From contig NC_092673.1 in the NCBI RefSeq assembly GCF_964355755.1, positions 10,292,001-10,356,000 on the forward strand: a stretch of 64,000 bases of DNA, written 5' to 3'. The translations under genes and the position numbers were made by a program. This DNA comes from Antedon mediterranea. Its lineage: Eukaryota > Animalia > Echinodermata. Under the pieces are notes generated by a model that was not told the DNA's origin, made no database searches, and was given only the letters and a program-made list of their open reading frames with translations. Positions 37,401 to 49,396 of this stretch are shown here, in pieces (the stretch's first letter is position 1; every line of letters begins with the position of its first letter).

Positions 37401-38839
37401 TGACACCGGTACCTACCGACATTGTCATACCCAAACTATAATTTAATTATTTAAAACAAAATATTGAATTACAAATATATGTATGTTGCAGAGGATTTAG
37501 ATGAATTACAATACAAATATTTATGTTTTACCTACTACACTATACTCTGTAAATTATGTTATTGTCATGTGGTAGACCTTAAAAATTGAATATTTATTGT
37601 ATGTTAGGCCTATTTTATATTTTATTAATACTGTATTAGTTTAATATTACTATTAATTTATATTATAGAGTAGGCCTACTAGTTTGTACATGTTTTTACC
37701 CAAAAAAAATGAATAAATAATTTGTTATTCAATCTAATTGCTTGTTTGTTCATCAATAACAAAACAATTGTAAGCAAGTATATAACAGTTCTTGTTAGCC
37801 GGTTATTTCAGGTCATATTATTAATATTAGCTAGGCCCGACGCGCCCGATCACAACGTCACTAAGTGACTTTCCGCCCCTGGAACAATCGCTCGCTAATA
37901 GGGCTAGGCCTCGGACTCGTATAAAAGCTATTATAATAGTTATGATAAATATTCCTCAACTAAAATGTATACTGTGATAAATAAACAAGTAATAATATAC
38001 GTTGTATTGGAATGTATTTATTTATATGAATTCTTATACGCGGACAATTATAAACATCGCTTATATCGTTCGCTATAAATAAATTCATAAACACGATGAC
38101 GATGTGTTTACAAAATGGCGGTTTCGCTAGTTTTCGATGGAACAAATAGTGGTACCTTTAGTTTGAATAGTCGGAGCTGCATCCCAACCACCGAATTTTG
38201 TATCTTAATATCGTATTCTGTAGATTATTAATTTTTCTAACAGGGATTTTAAATTCAGGACTGTTCAATTTTTCTAAATATTTTATTTTAACGATTTTCT
38301 AGGGTACAATTTCGGAAAAAAGACATTGGTTGATTTTGCCGTTAAATTACAGATTATCGTTTTGTTCAAATACATTTAATTTTACACGACAATATATTAA
38401 AACCATTTATGAATTTATTTCACTAACAATATTTTTCCGATAATCAGCTAAATTTACAAATATTGTGTTTTTCCAACACCCTAAAATTTAGCAATTTTGA
38501 ACTAAATTAGAAAAGTAGGGCGCCCTCTCCGAGTCGAAATTTGACACGATTTGTCGACTGGCTGTCCCACTGAACTAAAATTGCTATTGTTGTGGTTTTT
38601 GTTTAATATAAATGTTCTTAATAAACAGAAATAAATCAAACAACAATATAATTTAATATAATTCCGTTAAAAGGGAAATTTAGACAGCCTATAAAACAGG
38701 GAAGTCAGAACTCGCGTCGCTCGCAATGCTCGGGAACTTTCTATTTATAGCCAATCGAAAAAAGCTCCGGCTAACTTAAACAATGAAAACGGCTCTCGGA
38801 ACACTTAATGTCCCATTTTCGCTGTTTGACGTGGATGTG
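34409..38839. mobile_element. Non-autonomous Chapaev-like DNA transposon (4431 bp) inserted in the polymerase gene
   Basis: CACA...TGTG termini and 4-bp TSD CCTC (34405-34408 and 38840-38843). Empty site GTGAGCCTCCTGTAC in copy 2 (~51455-51469). AT-rich interior with no convincing ORF. Confidence 0.85.
36461..38572. mobile_element. Nested non-autonomous TIR element (2112 bp), superfamily unassigned
   Basis: TIRs CAGTGGGAAAGCCA / TGGCTGTCCCACTG (13 of 14 match), shared subterminal AAATCGTGT..TCGACT, and 4-bp TSD AACT on both sides. Confidence 0.75.
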
Positions 38840-39889
38840 CCTCCTGTACTTCTTGGCGCAAGAAATTGGATCGTCACCTCTGCGCATGATGCATTCTCCG
38901 TCCATTTCGTCTTCGACGTACGACGTGAATTTCACTTTCCTCGTCTTTAACGACAGCCTGTTTCCCTCCGGATCTCTGCCGTAGAGGTACAACTTTCCGT
39001 TTATATTGGAATACTTGACACGTGTCAGATACACGAACATTGCCTTTTGATCGGACAAAATTCCGAAGTCTGGAACTTCGACAGACTGTTTTTTCTTTTT
39101 GTATTTCTTTTTCTCCAAAGTCGATGCGAGTTCGTGTTGACCGGTTGCTTTTAGAGACTCGACGAAAGCTTTGTAACCGGACTCGTCTTGATGCTTCCAA
39201 ACGTTGTTGAGGAAAAAGTAAACGTTTCTCTCTCTGTCACCGTCGAGGAGGAAATTTGCGTATTCGGGTTCGTAAATTCTTCTGACGACCATTTGTTTGA
39301 CGGTGGCCTCCAGATTTATCGTTTCAGCGAACCGGTTGATGCGTTTCAGAAGAACGTTCCTCTCTCGCAATCGTTTCTTGTATGTTTGATCGATTTCGTA
39401 GTGCGAAAGACGGACCATCGCCGACTTGAAGGAAGAAAAAGGATGATCTTTCTCGAACGGCGTGTTCAAAGTTGTTTTCGCTCCTTTTCTCAAAGCGGCA
39501 ACAAGATCGTGGTGGCCGGCGCATTTAAGAGAATCCACGAAAGCTCCGTGAGCGTGCAATTTCGGATACCTTCGAATGTCGTCGATGAGATAATACGCCA
39601 TTCGATTCTCTTTAACCCCTTTCTCTCTGTCCATACACAGTACAAAGTTCTCGAAATCCCGCGAGTATATTTCTCTGACGACCAATGCTTCGAGTACCGC
39701 CGACAGGATCATGGACGTGGCGAGGAGTTTGCGATGTTTCGTCAGCAACGGTTCGCCTTCAAAGTAACTTTCTTCCATTCCTTCAGCACAGAGGAGACAA
39801 GGTTATGTCGATGTTGAAAGCCACGAATGAAAATAAAGAAAATTATATATTATATACCAAAACATGATAAAAAAAAATTATAATATGTC

Positions 39890-42208
39890 AGATATTTTGA
39901 GGGTTGTAAATGTCAGGCCTAAACAAGTGGACCTTTTTTAAAATCAGAAAAAAAGTTGCATGGCATTATTTTTCATTGATTGATCATTCATTTCATATAT
40001 ATAGACTATTATCAGCTCCTCAGTCATCTACTGGTTTGTGGCGTAACGGGTAATGCGCAGGTTTTAGTGATTTCAATAGTGGGTTCGAACTTCTAGGGAT
40101 ATTTTTTTTCTTTTTTTTTTTATTTGAAAATAAATATTGTTTTTGAAAGTGAGATATTTTTATGGTTTTAAATGTCAAGCCTAACCAAGTGGAAATTTTT
40201 TTAAATCAGAAACAAAGTTGCATAACATCATTTTACATTGATAGATCATTCATTTCATATAAATAGACTATTATCAGCTCTTCACTCATCTACTGCTTTG
40301 TGGCGTAACCGGTAATGCTCAGGTTTGAGTTCTCTCAGTAGTGGGTTCGAACCTCTAGGAATATTTTTTTCTTTTTTTTTTTGTTTGAAAATAAATATTG
40401 TTTTTGAAAGTGAGATATTTTTATGGTTTTAAATGTCAAACCTAACCAAGTGCACCTTTTTTTAACTCAGAAACAAAGTTGCATGGCATTATTTTTCATT
40501 GATTGATCATTCATTTCATATAAATAGACTATTATCAGCTCTTCACTCATCTACTGGTTTGTGGCGTAACGGATAATGCTCAGGTTTGAGTGTTCTCAGT
40601 AGTGGGTTCGAACCTCTAGGGATTTTTTTTTTTTAAATTGAAAATAAATATTTTTTTTGAAAGTGAGATATTTTGAGGGTTGTAAATATCAGACCTAAAC
40701 AAGTGGACCTTTTTTAAAATCAGAAACAAAGTTGCATGGCATTATTTTTCATTGATTGATCATTCATTTCATATAAATAGAGTATTATCAGCTCTTCAGT
40801 CATCTACTGGTTTGTGGCGTAACGGGTAATACTCAAGTTTGAGTGCTCTCACTAGTGGGTTCGAACCTCTACGGATATTTTGTTTCTTTTTTTTTTGTTT
40901 TAATTTAAAATAAATATTGTTTTTAAAAGTGAGATATTTTGAGGGTTGTAAATGTCAAGCCAAACCAAGTGGACCTTTTTTTAAATCAGAAACAAAGTTG
41001 CATAACATCATTTTACATTGATGGATCATTCATTTCATATAAATAGACTATTATCAGCTCTTCACTCATCTACTGGTTTGTGGCGTAACCGGTAGTGCTC
41101 AGGTTTGAGTTCTCGCAGTAGTGGGTTCGAACCTCTACGAATATTTTTTTTCTTTCTTTTTTTTTAATTGAAAATAAATATTGTTTTTGAAAGTGAGATA
41201 TTTTTATGGTTTTAAATGTCAAGCCTAACCAAGTGGACCTTTTTTTACATCAGAAACAAAGTTGCCTAACATAATTTTACATTGATGGATCATTTATTCC
41301 ATATAAATAGACTATTATCAGCTCTTCACTCATCTACTGGTTTGTGGCGTAACCGGTAGTGCTCAGGTTTGAGTTCTCGCAGTAGTGGGTTCGAACCTCT
41401 ACGAATATTTTTTTTTTTTTTTGTTTGAAAATAAATATTGTTTTTGAAAGTGAGATATTTTGAGGGTTGCAACTGTCAGGCCTAAACAAGTGAACATTTT
41501 TTGAAAACAGAAACAAAGTTGCATGGCATTATTTTTCATTGATTGATCATCCATTTCATATAAATAGACTATTATCAGCTCTTCAGTCATATACTGGTTT
41601 GCGGCGTAACGGGTAATGCTCAGGTTTGAGTGATTTCAATAGTGGGTTCGAACTTCTAGGGATATTTTTTTTCTTTTTTTTTTTATTTGAAAATAAATAT
41701 TGTTTTTGAAAGTGAGATATTTTTATGGTTTTAAATGTCAAGCCTAACCAAGTGGACCTTTTTTAAAATCAGAAACAAAGTTGCATAACATCATTTTACA
41801 TTGATGGATCATTCATTCCATATAATAGACTATTATCAGCTCTTCACTTATCTACTGGTTTGTGGTGTAACCGGTAGTGCTCAGGTTTGAGTTCTCGCAG
41901 TAGTGGGTTCGAACCTCTACGAATATTTTTTTTCTTTCCTTTTTTTTAATTGAAAATAAATATTGTTTTTGAAAGTGAGATATTTTGAGTGTTGTAAATG
42001 TCAGGCCTAAACAAGTGGACCTTTTTTAAAATCAGAAACAAAGTTGCATGGCATTATTTTTCATTGATTGATCATTCATTTCATATAAATAGACTATTTT
42101 CAGCCCTTCACTCATCTGCTGGTTTGTGGCGTAACGGATAATGCTCAGGTTTGAGTGCTCTCAGTAGTGGGTTCGAACCTCTAGGGATTTTTTTTTTTAA
42201 ATTGAAAA
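39890..42208 (+). repeat. ~260-bp tRNA-derived satellite, spacer of about 9 monomers between the two composite copies
   Basis: Same monomer. The first part matches 52510-54200 and the last part matches 17600-18290 in diagnostic variants. Confidence 0.95.
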
Positions 42209-45200
42209 TTAATATTATATACAGTACAGTACTTTAAATATACAGTATATTATTATACTTTCAGGTATGTTCCAGGACTAATACCTTCAGAGAAGAGAAT
42301 GAGAGAACGCCAGAAGGAACTGCTTTGCGGGTTGAAATCAAAAAATGAGCTACTGTTGTTTAATTCCAGTCGGCACGAAGGTCTCAGTTTGAAAGAGGTA
42401 GCTGTGATTCACATACCAGATATTAAGGCTTTGGTTTTTAATTACCTTGATGAGTACCGCCAGTAAGTTTATGATTTTATCTTCTCATTTCTGTACACAG
42501 ATTTTGTATGTTCCTGTCAAAAAAGAATAACAATGTTATTATATTTTACAGGCAAAATAAACTTAAAATATACAACGGCAATGAGATATGGCTGAAGTTT
42601 GGCGGAGATCATGGTGGTGAGAGTTTTAAGGCAGAAATACAAATTGTAAGTGTTGCTGATTCGAATGCAGTCAGAAATGTGGTTGTAGTATTGATGTTCC
42701 ATGCAAAGGACAGCGTCTATAACTTGTCGCAAACATTACCAAGAGTGACGGAGCAAGTTATGGGACTGAATGGTCTACAGTGGAGGTAGTTATGTTGTTT
42801 CATTTATCATGGATAAAATGCTATGTATTACAACAGAGTAACAAATACACTTATCTTTATCTATAAATGTGGATTTTTTTTTCTTTCACAGAGAGTATAA
42901 TCTGCGAATGTTTTGTTTTGGTGACTATGATTTTCTAACCAAAATCTACGGAATCTACGGACCAAACTGTAAGTAGTAAAAAAACATAATATAAAAAAAC
43001 AATACATGTTTTTCTAACAAACAAAAAATAGAATGTGAAATAATATTAACAGTAAATTATATTTGTTTTAGGCCGGTATTGTTGCCTATTTTGTAAAAAA
43101 TCCAAAGAGGAACAGCAAACAAAGTCTATTAATGGAGAGTGTAGGACACTGAGGTCATTGGCTGAAAACTTAAAGGCATTTGAGGAACATGGAGGGAAAC
43201 AGGAAATGTCCAAGAATGTATCACTTAGTGTAATATGGGAGCCTATGATTGATATTGAAATTGAGCCAGTAAGTAATTTTTATCTTGTACTCTAAATACC
43301 AATTAAATAATCTTAAATGTCGTAAGTATTTTTTTATAATTATCTTTACAGGTGTCCGTCCCTACCCTCCATATCTCTTTAGGGATATTCAAAAAACTGT
43401 ATGAGATGCTGGAAAGCGAATGGATGTTGCTATATTGATGGAAAGAAAAAATCATACAGAAGAAGATGATTATGATGATGATCAAGCAAAATCAAAGTTT
43501 GATAAGTTAGTGAAGGCAGTGGCTATGAAGCAAGAAGGTATAATTTATTTATTCTCTCCTTTCGTTTTTATTTGTTGTCTTTCTTTGCTTTTTATATTTG
43601 TTTTGTCTTCTTTGTATTGTATATGGCAGAAAATTCAATAAATAAATAAAAATAAATTAAATTGTTTTTAATTCCAGAATTGGCAAGAGAAAAAGATCAA
43701 CTTTTACTACAAATTGAGAAAATAGAAGACGATATCCCTTTATTGTATTTAAAAAATCAAAGTGGGGATGCTAAGGCAAAAATGTCTAAACAATTGCATG
43801 AACTAGTAAAGCTTCAAGATGAGTTGACAGAAACAGTACGTCAATATTTCATTCATAATTATATTGTTTGTTTTTACTTGTTACTTACCCTAAAAATCGA
43901 TGCCTTAGAACCTCACATGGTTATTCTGTACCTATGAAAGCAAACATAATTACCTGCATAAGTATTTTTCTATAGGAAAGGCAAATGGACGTACAACTGA
44001 GGTTTGGGACTGGTCCAATAGTAGCATCTATTGACCAGACACTCCAGTATCATGGTATTAAACGACAGCCATTTCATGGGAAATCTTTTAATGGTAATCA
44101 TGTGCACAAGGCACTAAAGGTATGCACATTAACTGTATGTAGAATTATGTATTCTAATTCTAATACATAATAGTAGTAGGCCTCTTTATATACATGATTC
44201 TTATTTACATTACTACTACTATTACAATACTGTATTATAATTTTTTTTAAATAAAAGTCTGACGTCATAGATGATCTATGCAAGAACATTTCTAGAGTGG
44301 TCAGTATAGAGGCAGATCTCTTTTCAATTAGTAAGGGACAACTGATAATGGCGAAGGCAGCAGAGATTGAAGTAAAATACACAAACTTACTCTCTAAATA
44401 TTCAGCAGTACACAACAGTATCAACCATTGCCGGGTGTTAACAACCGATGACATTCAATCAATTGGTATGATTTTTCTTTATTTCAAACCACTATAGATG
44501 TATCAACTAGATTTGTTTACAAGTTGTAAAATTTTGGAACAAGAACAAAAGTAATCAATTATATTTAAAATAATTTGCGTTTATATTTATACAGATGAAA
44601 AAATAATGGCTTTTATGGACCACTTTCGCCAATACAATGAGAGAATATCACCTAAGCTCCATTTACTTGAGGATCATGTGCTGCCATCAATTAAGAAGTA
44701 GAGAGTTGGGTTAGGACTGCTAGGAGAGCAGGGAGGAGAGTCCATACATGCCTCAATAAACAGAAGGAAACGGTCATTTTGGGGTATGCGTAATGAAAAT
44801 TCAAGAACGACGTCTATTATGAAAGCGCATACCATGTCCACAGTCCCTGAAATATTCAAGGAGGTCGAACACCCAAAAAGCCGAAAGCAGCTGAAATTTA
44901 AATAAAATAGTAGGCAAAAATTAGTGAAAATCTCAGATAAAAACAGTAACCTTATTATATTGTCTATACTATATTAATAATATACCTACTACATAATTGT
45001 CTAACTAGGCTAGGCCTGGAGGTCTATTATCTTAGTTAGTAGGCTATAATAATTGTAATAATATGGTTTATGACTAAAAGGCCTATCTATAACATGTTTT
45101 TATTATTATTGCATAAAAATAACAATAATAACATTATGTTAATATTTATACAAAGTCTCTTTATTGATCTTGAACTCTGTATTTACATTGCTGCTGGATT

Positions 45201-45737
45201 TGCCCTATGTTTAGGCCTAGACATGTGATATAGAGTGCTAGGCCGAAATACTAACCACGTGGATTATATACCAATTTTCAGCTTCATTAAAAAAAAAATG
45301 GGACATAACACCAGCGTGATTTTTTTTCTAACAAATATAAATAGTATATAGTTATTATATTTGTTTGCATTTACTTCTTAAAAAATTAGGTTTTGATTTT
45401 ATATGCGTGCAAAATTACACAAAAAAACGATCCTCAAAAACTGTTAAATATCTAAAAACTTACTCTCGAAATCATTGGTTTACTAGACTGTCTTAAAATG
45501 GCCGTTTCGTTTAAAAGAGATCGTCACATGGTTCTACCATACCTTATCTTCAACTAAATATGAATTATTCATGAGAAAAACAATTTGAAGGCTTCTCATT
45601 CGTTGATTAAAGATTACGGAAATAATGTTTTGAAAAACACATCACTTCCGGTTACTATGCACGCTTCGCTGAGCAGATATTGAAGGTAGCAACCGATAGA
45701 GGGCGCATAACTTTTTTTTCCTGGTGAATTGAATGTG
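42209..45737 (+). mobile_element. Chapaev-type transposon, right half, copy 2 (no nested insertions)
   Basis: Near-identical to copy 1 once the insertions are removed. Terminus ...GAATTGAATGTG at 45737. Confidence 0.7.
42265..44905 (+). pseudogene. Spliced Chapaev-type DDE transposase, copy 2 (5'-truncated; TGG>TAG at ~44699)
   Basis: Same exons and motifs as copy 1. The last exon reads AAGAAGTAG where copy 1 reads AAGAAGTGG. Confidence 0.75.
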
Positions 45738-46442
45738 TTGTCGGCAGCTGGTGGAACTGAGAGGCGGCATGACGGAACAGGAGGCGACGTTCTGGTACAC
45801 GTACATCAACTCGGATCCGAGGATCTGCAAAGCTCTCTCCTCGAAGCCGTCCGATCCCGTTTCCTTGTTGGATCGGTTCCGGACGTGCTCGGCGAACGGT
45901 TCACGAACCGGCTGAGGAACAACCTGAACCCGATTCCGGAGAAGAGAAAGTTTTACGTCGATGACGTCGTCTACAAAGTCGATCAGAGGACCAGAGTCGA
46001 GTCGTTTGAAAGTTTGGCGGTGGTGTTTTCCACTAAAAACCTTGTTCACTTACTCTACAGAGAAGAGGGCATCGTGGTGGGAGACTTGAAGGTTCGACGG
46101 TTACAGAACGAAAAAGGACAAGCGGCGAAAACCGCCTTCGTCGATCACGTGGAGCTCATGGTCGACGCTCCCGATCTGCTGATGTCGTTCCTCACATCGG
46201 CGCTCGATCTGCTGTCGTTATTTGCAGAAACGGTCGTGTTTGCCACGTACAACGACCGGGAACGTCAGTCTCTGACCTCCATGTTTTCGGAACATCAACG
46301 CACCTCCAACGGAGACGTGCTGGTGAAGGTAGACAACAGCATCCGGAGGATCCAGGTTCTGAAAAAAGGTGTGAAAAACCACCCCGATTGCAACAGACGG
46401 CGAGGAAAAATACGATCCGTGCCATCTTTCAGGAAGTGTTAA
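45738..46442 (+). pseudogene. Orphan virus-like ORF, copy 2
   Basis: Duplicate of 28673-29377. Confidence 0.45.
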
Positions 46443-46506
46443 AACCGGAGGTGCGCCCGATTTCGCCCATACACTCGCCCCGGAAAGTAAAGGGCCCGGA
46501 ACAATC

Positions 46507-47274
46507 ATGACGTACACAACCGTTCAATCCAGTTGCAACAGAGCGTCGATGAACTTCTTCCTGGTGAACGTGGTGTCTTCGCAAAACATCGCGTATCGAT
46601 ATCCGTACGACACGCGCGAGACGGCGCAATCCATCCACATGAGGGGCACGAAATTGCAAGACGACATGATAGAATTTCAATCGCCTCTGAAAAGAGGATC
46701 GACCGCGCTGTATTTCGTTTCCACAGGATCGACGAACATCACGACGAGGGGTAACTTCAACGTGAGAACAAAAACTTCGCTCAACTACCAACTGCAACAG
46801 GCGATAACTTAGAGAAAATACAAGAGCGTACCTATGCACATTTCGACAAACAACTTGAACCATGCAGGTAGGATGTACGGCGTGCTGGACGATCCGTCTG
46901 ACGTAGTCGAACGACTTAAGCTTTTGGAATCTTTGACGGTCGACAGCAACGATCTGTTTCCGTCGGTCAAGTTCACCATCCCGTACCATGTGGACGGACG
47001 AGCGAGAAAGTTCCAGTTGTTTTCTCCTTCGCTTTGCTGCAACACTCAGTTTCAGACGGTCGCTTCTCTCAAGCAAACCGGTCGCACGTTCCTCGACATG
47101 ATATTAAGGCACGTCGACAAATTCGATTCAGAACTGTCCCGAAAGTGCATTGCAGAGGAGCTGGATTGTGGCGAACCGTTGAACGATCGAACACTGCTGG
47201 AAATAAGTCCGTCGAACCGTCCGATCTGCTGCAAAAGGTCCGGTTGCAAACGCAAACGGTACGTCACAAAGTGA
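46507..47274 (+). pseudogene. TBP-like gene, copy 2 (premature TAG at 46810-46812)
   Basis: ORFs 46507-46812 and 46834-47274 are in frame. The stop replaces the Trp codon of copy 1. Confidence 0.6.
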
Positions 47275-48046
47275 AAAACTTTTTGTTTTTTTTTGTTTTG
47301 TCTGATTCTCCCGATGAGTTCTTACCTGTAAAAAACATTAAGATCAAGTATTTGGACTTTAGAAACTCTTCTTTGTACATGAGAAGACGACCGATCAAGG
47401 CATTTCAGAACTTTCAGAACGTTGGAAATGTTGCTGAACCTGTCGAGGTCGTGGACGAAGAAGAGTCCGAAGAGAAAAAAAAAAGAAAGATTGTTTTACA
47501 AGTAATAACGGACTAAGGAATCATGCCGAAAAAGCTGGCGATTCTTTCCCGACGGACAAAATCGACTCGAAATAGACAGGGGCAAAAAAAAAAACCATTT
47601 TAGAAAACCAACTATAACTGATTAAATAGTAACATTTTACAGTATATTAATACAGAAATAGACTTGGAAGAAAAGAATAATATTTACAAAATTCACAGAA
47701 AAGGAGAAAAGAAAGTGGAAAAAAAACAACACAAGAATGAGCACAAACATATACATCGAAATGCCGGTCTTCCACGTGGAAAGGGTTCTGAAAGTGCTAC
47801 GCCTTAAAAAAAGCAACACAGCGGCAACGACGGCGATGCGGATGAAAAAAACAAAAAAGACTTATGCGAAGTGATCGACAAAATAGAGAGATTGATAGAT
47901 TGCAAAGTGAAAATACTTTATCTTCTAAATTTAAGAAAATGATGGTCGTTTGAAATAAAAGGAAATTGAAATTTATATACAGTTTTTTAGTTTTTTTTTT
48001 GTTTTTTTTGTTGTTTTTGTTGTTATGTTTCACAAGAATCTTTCTT

Positions 48047-49240
48047 ATGGACTTGTTCAAAGAGAGACCGGTGTTGAAGTTGGGATTGCCTCAACCTGCC
48101 GTGCAGGTCAGGTGGTCAAAGATAATGACAGTCGACCCTAGACATTTCAAGTCGGACGACTACGACGACTACGACGACTACGACGACGACGGTGGCGGTG
48201 ACGAGGGCAACGATTACGGAAGGCGTTATCTGACCGGTCGTCTCTGGTTGACTAGAATCGAAGATTACACAGACTACACGACGCTTTCCCGAACTCTACA
48301 GTCTCTGGACGATTGGAGCGTGTTTGTGAGAAGCGGCAACCCCTCTCCAACGTTCCAGTGGTACTTCGACGGAAGGCGTTACGGATCCGACAACCCTTAC
48401 TTCGAGCTTCTGATGAGAATTGAGGCATCTGTGTCTGTCGTACAACAGATCGCTACCGTTGTGTCCGAAGAACGTCGCTTGCGCAGTCGAAACCTGCCTC
48501 GACAATTTGGCCGAGACGGAAGTTGGCGTAGGCAGAAGCGGCGTGCATTTGGACCCGCCTCCGATGTTCGTCAGGCACGACAGACGACAGATCGGATGGC
48601 TTAACGCAGACTTCTTCTCTGCCCTTTTAACCCTGGAAACCTCGCAACGACTGATGGTAGGTCTGGCCGATAGATCTTCCCGTCTTGTTTTCGAAGGATC
48701 GCAAAAGAAGGAAAGCATCCTGAATTTCGAGTTGGCGGAAGTGGAATTCTTCGAATTCGTCGAGGACGTCGTGGAAGAAGCAACGAACCCGTTGAGAGAC
48801 TGGTGGGCGTACGGAAATATTTCAATTCCGTCTCGGCCAAATTCGTCCGTCCTCTGAGGCTACTCACCGAGGTCAAAGAAAGACACACCGCTTTCATGAC
48901 GGACTCGGACGTGTTCCTGCCAAACGTTTGGAAACGGTTGAGAGCGACCGGGACCACGTTGCCTTCTTGCATAACCGAATCGACCGTGTTGCACGAAATG
49001 GACAGGAAATGTAAGGAAAAGGTGATTTCGCTTTTTCTAGGAAAACACCTAGAGCCTGTCGAAGACGATCTCGCCGTAGACGAAAACAAGATAAGAAGGG
49101 AGAGGTCGAAACGATGCATGAACGATGAGATCGACGAACGACCACCAAAATCTCTCGATTCGCCGTTTGTTTCGGGGAATCTACTGCTCGGCGTAAAAGA
49201 TCTGGACGTGACCGTGATTTGCGGATACGCAATACTTTGA
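48047..49240 (+). pseudogene. Orphan virus-like gene, copy 2, frameshifted
   Basis: ORFs 47966-48604, 48420-48857 and 48803-49240. One extra DDY repeat unit relative to copy 1. Confidence 0.5.
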
Positions 49241-49396
49241 CAAATTGACAAACAAAAGAATACAAGAAAAACTGTTAAACAATATTTTTGGTTTTTGTGT
49301 TTTTATTTCCTTCAACCATTCCTTTATTTCTTTTCTTTCAAAAGTAGACTTAAAACTATTTTTTATTTATTTTTTATTTCTTGATTATTTTACGCT

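Larger units (their letters stand above)
32333..39778 (-). pseudogene. Tandem-CARD / family-B DNA polymerase fusion, copy 1 (split by the 34409-38839 insertion, TAG at 32660, frameshift in motif B)
   Basis: GGLVLD, YDFQSCYP, GLLP, YGDTDS and KKKRYA motifs. The N-terminal part (38840-39778) is contiguous with the rest in copy 2. Confidence 0.85.
28673..39889. mobile_element. Endogenous large-DNA-virus-like gene block, copy 1
   Basis: Abrupt shift to GC/CpG-rich, intronless, densely packed ORFs with short AT-rich spacers. Includes PolB and TBP-like genes. No capsid or integrase gene recognised. Confidence 0.65.

Noticed and set aside
18291-39889. Teratorn-like transposon-virus fusion mobilised by the Chapaev transposase
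   Set aside because: The Chapaev terminus lies between the transposase and the viral genes, so the viral block is outside the element, and no matching end is present at 39889 or 52509.
42265-44905. RAG1/ProtoRAG or Transib
   Set aside because: The motifs are GGDHGG/GDY/EQGGES rather than RAG1-type, there is no RAG2-like gene, and the related element has a 4-bp rather than 5-bp TSD.
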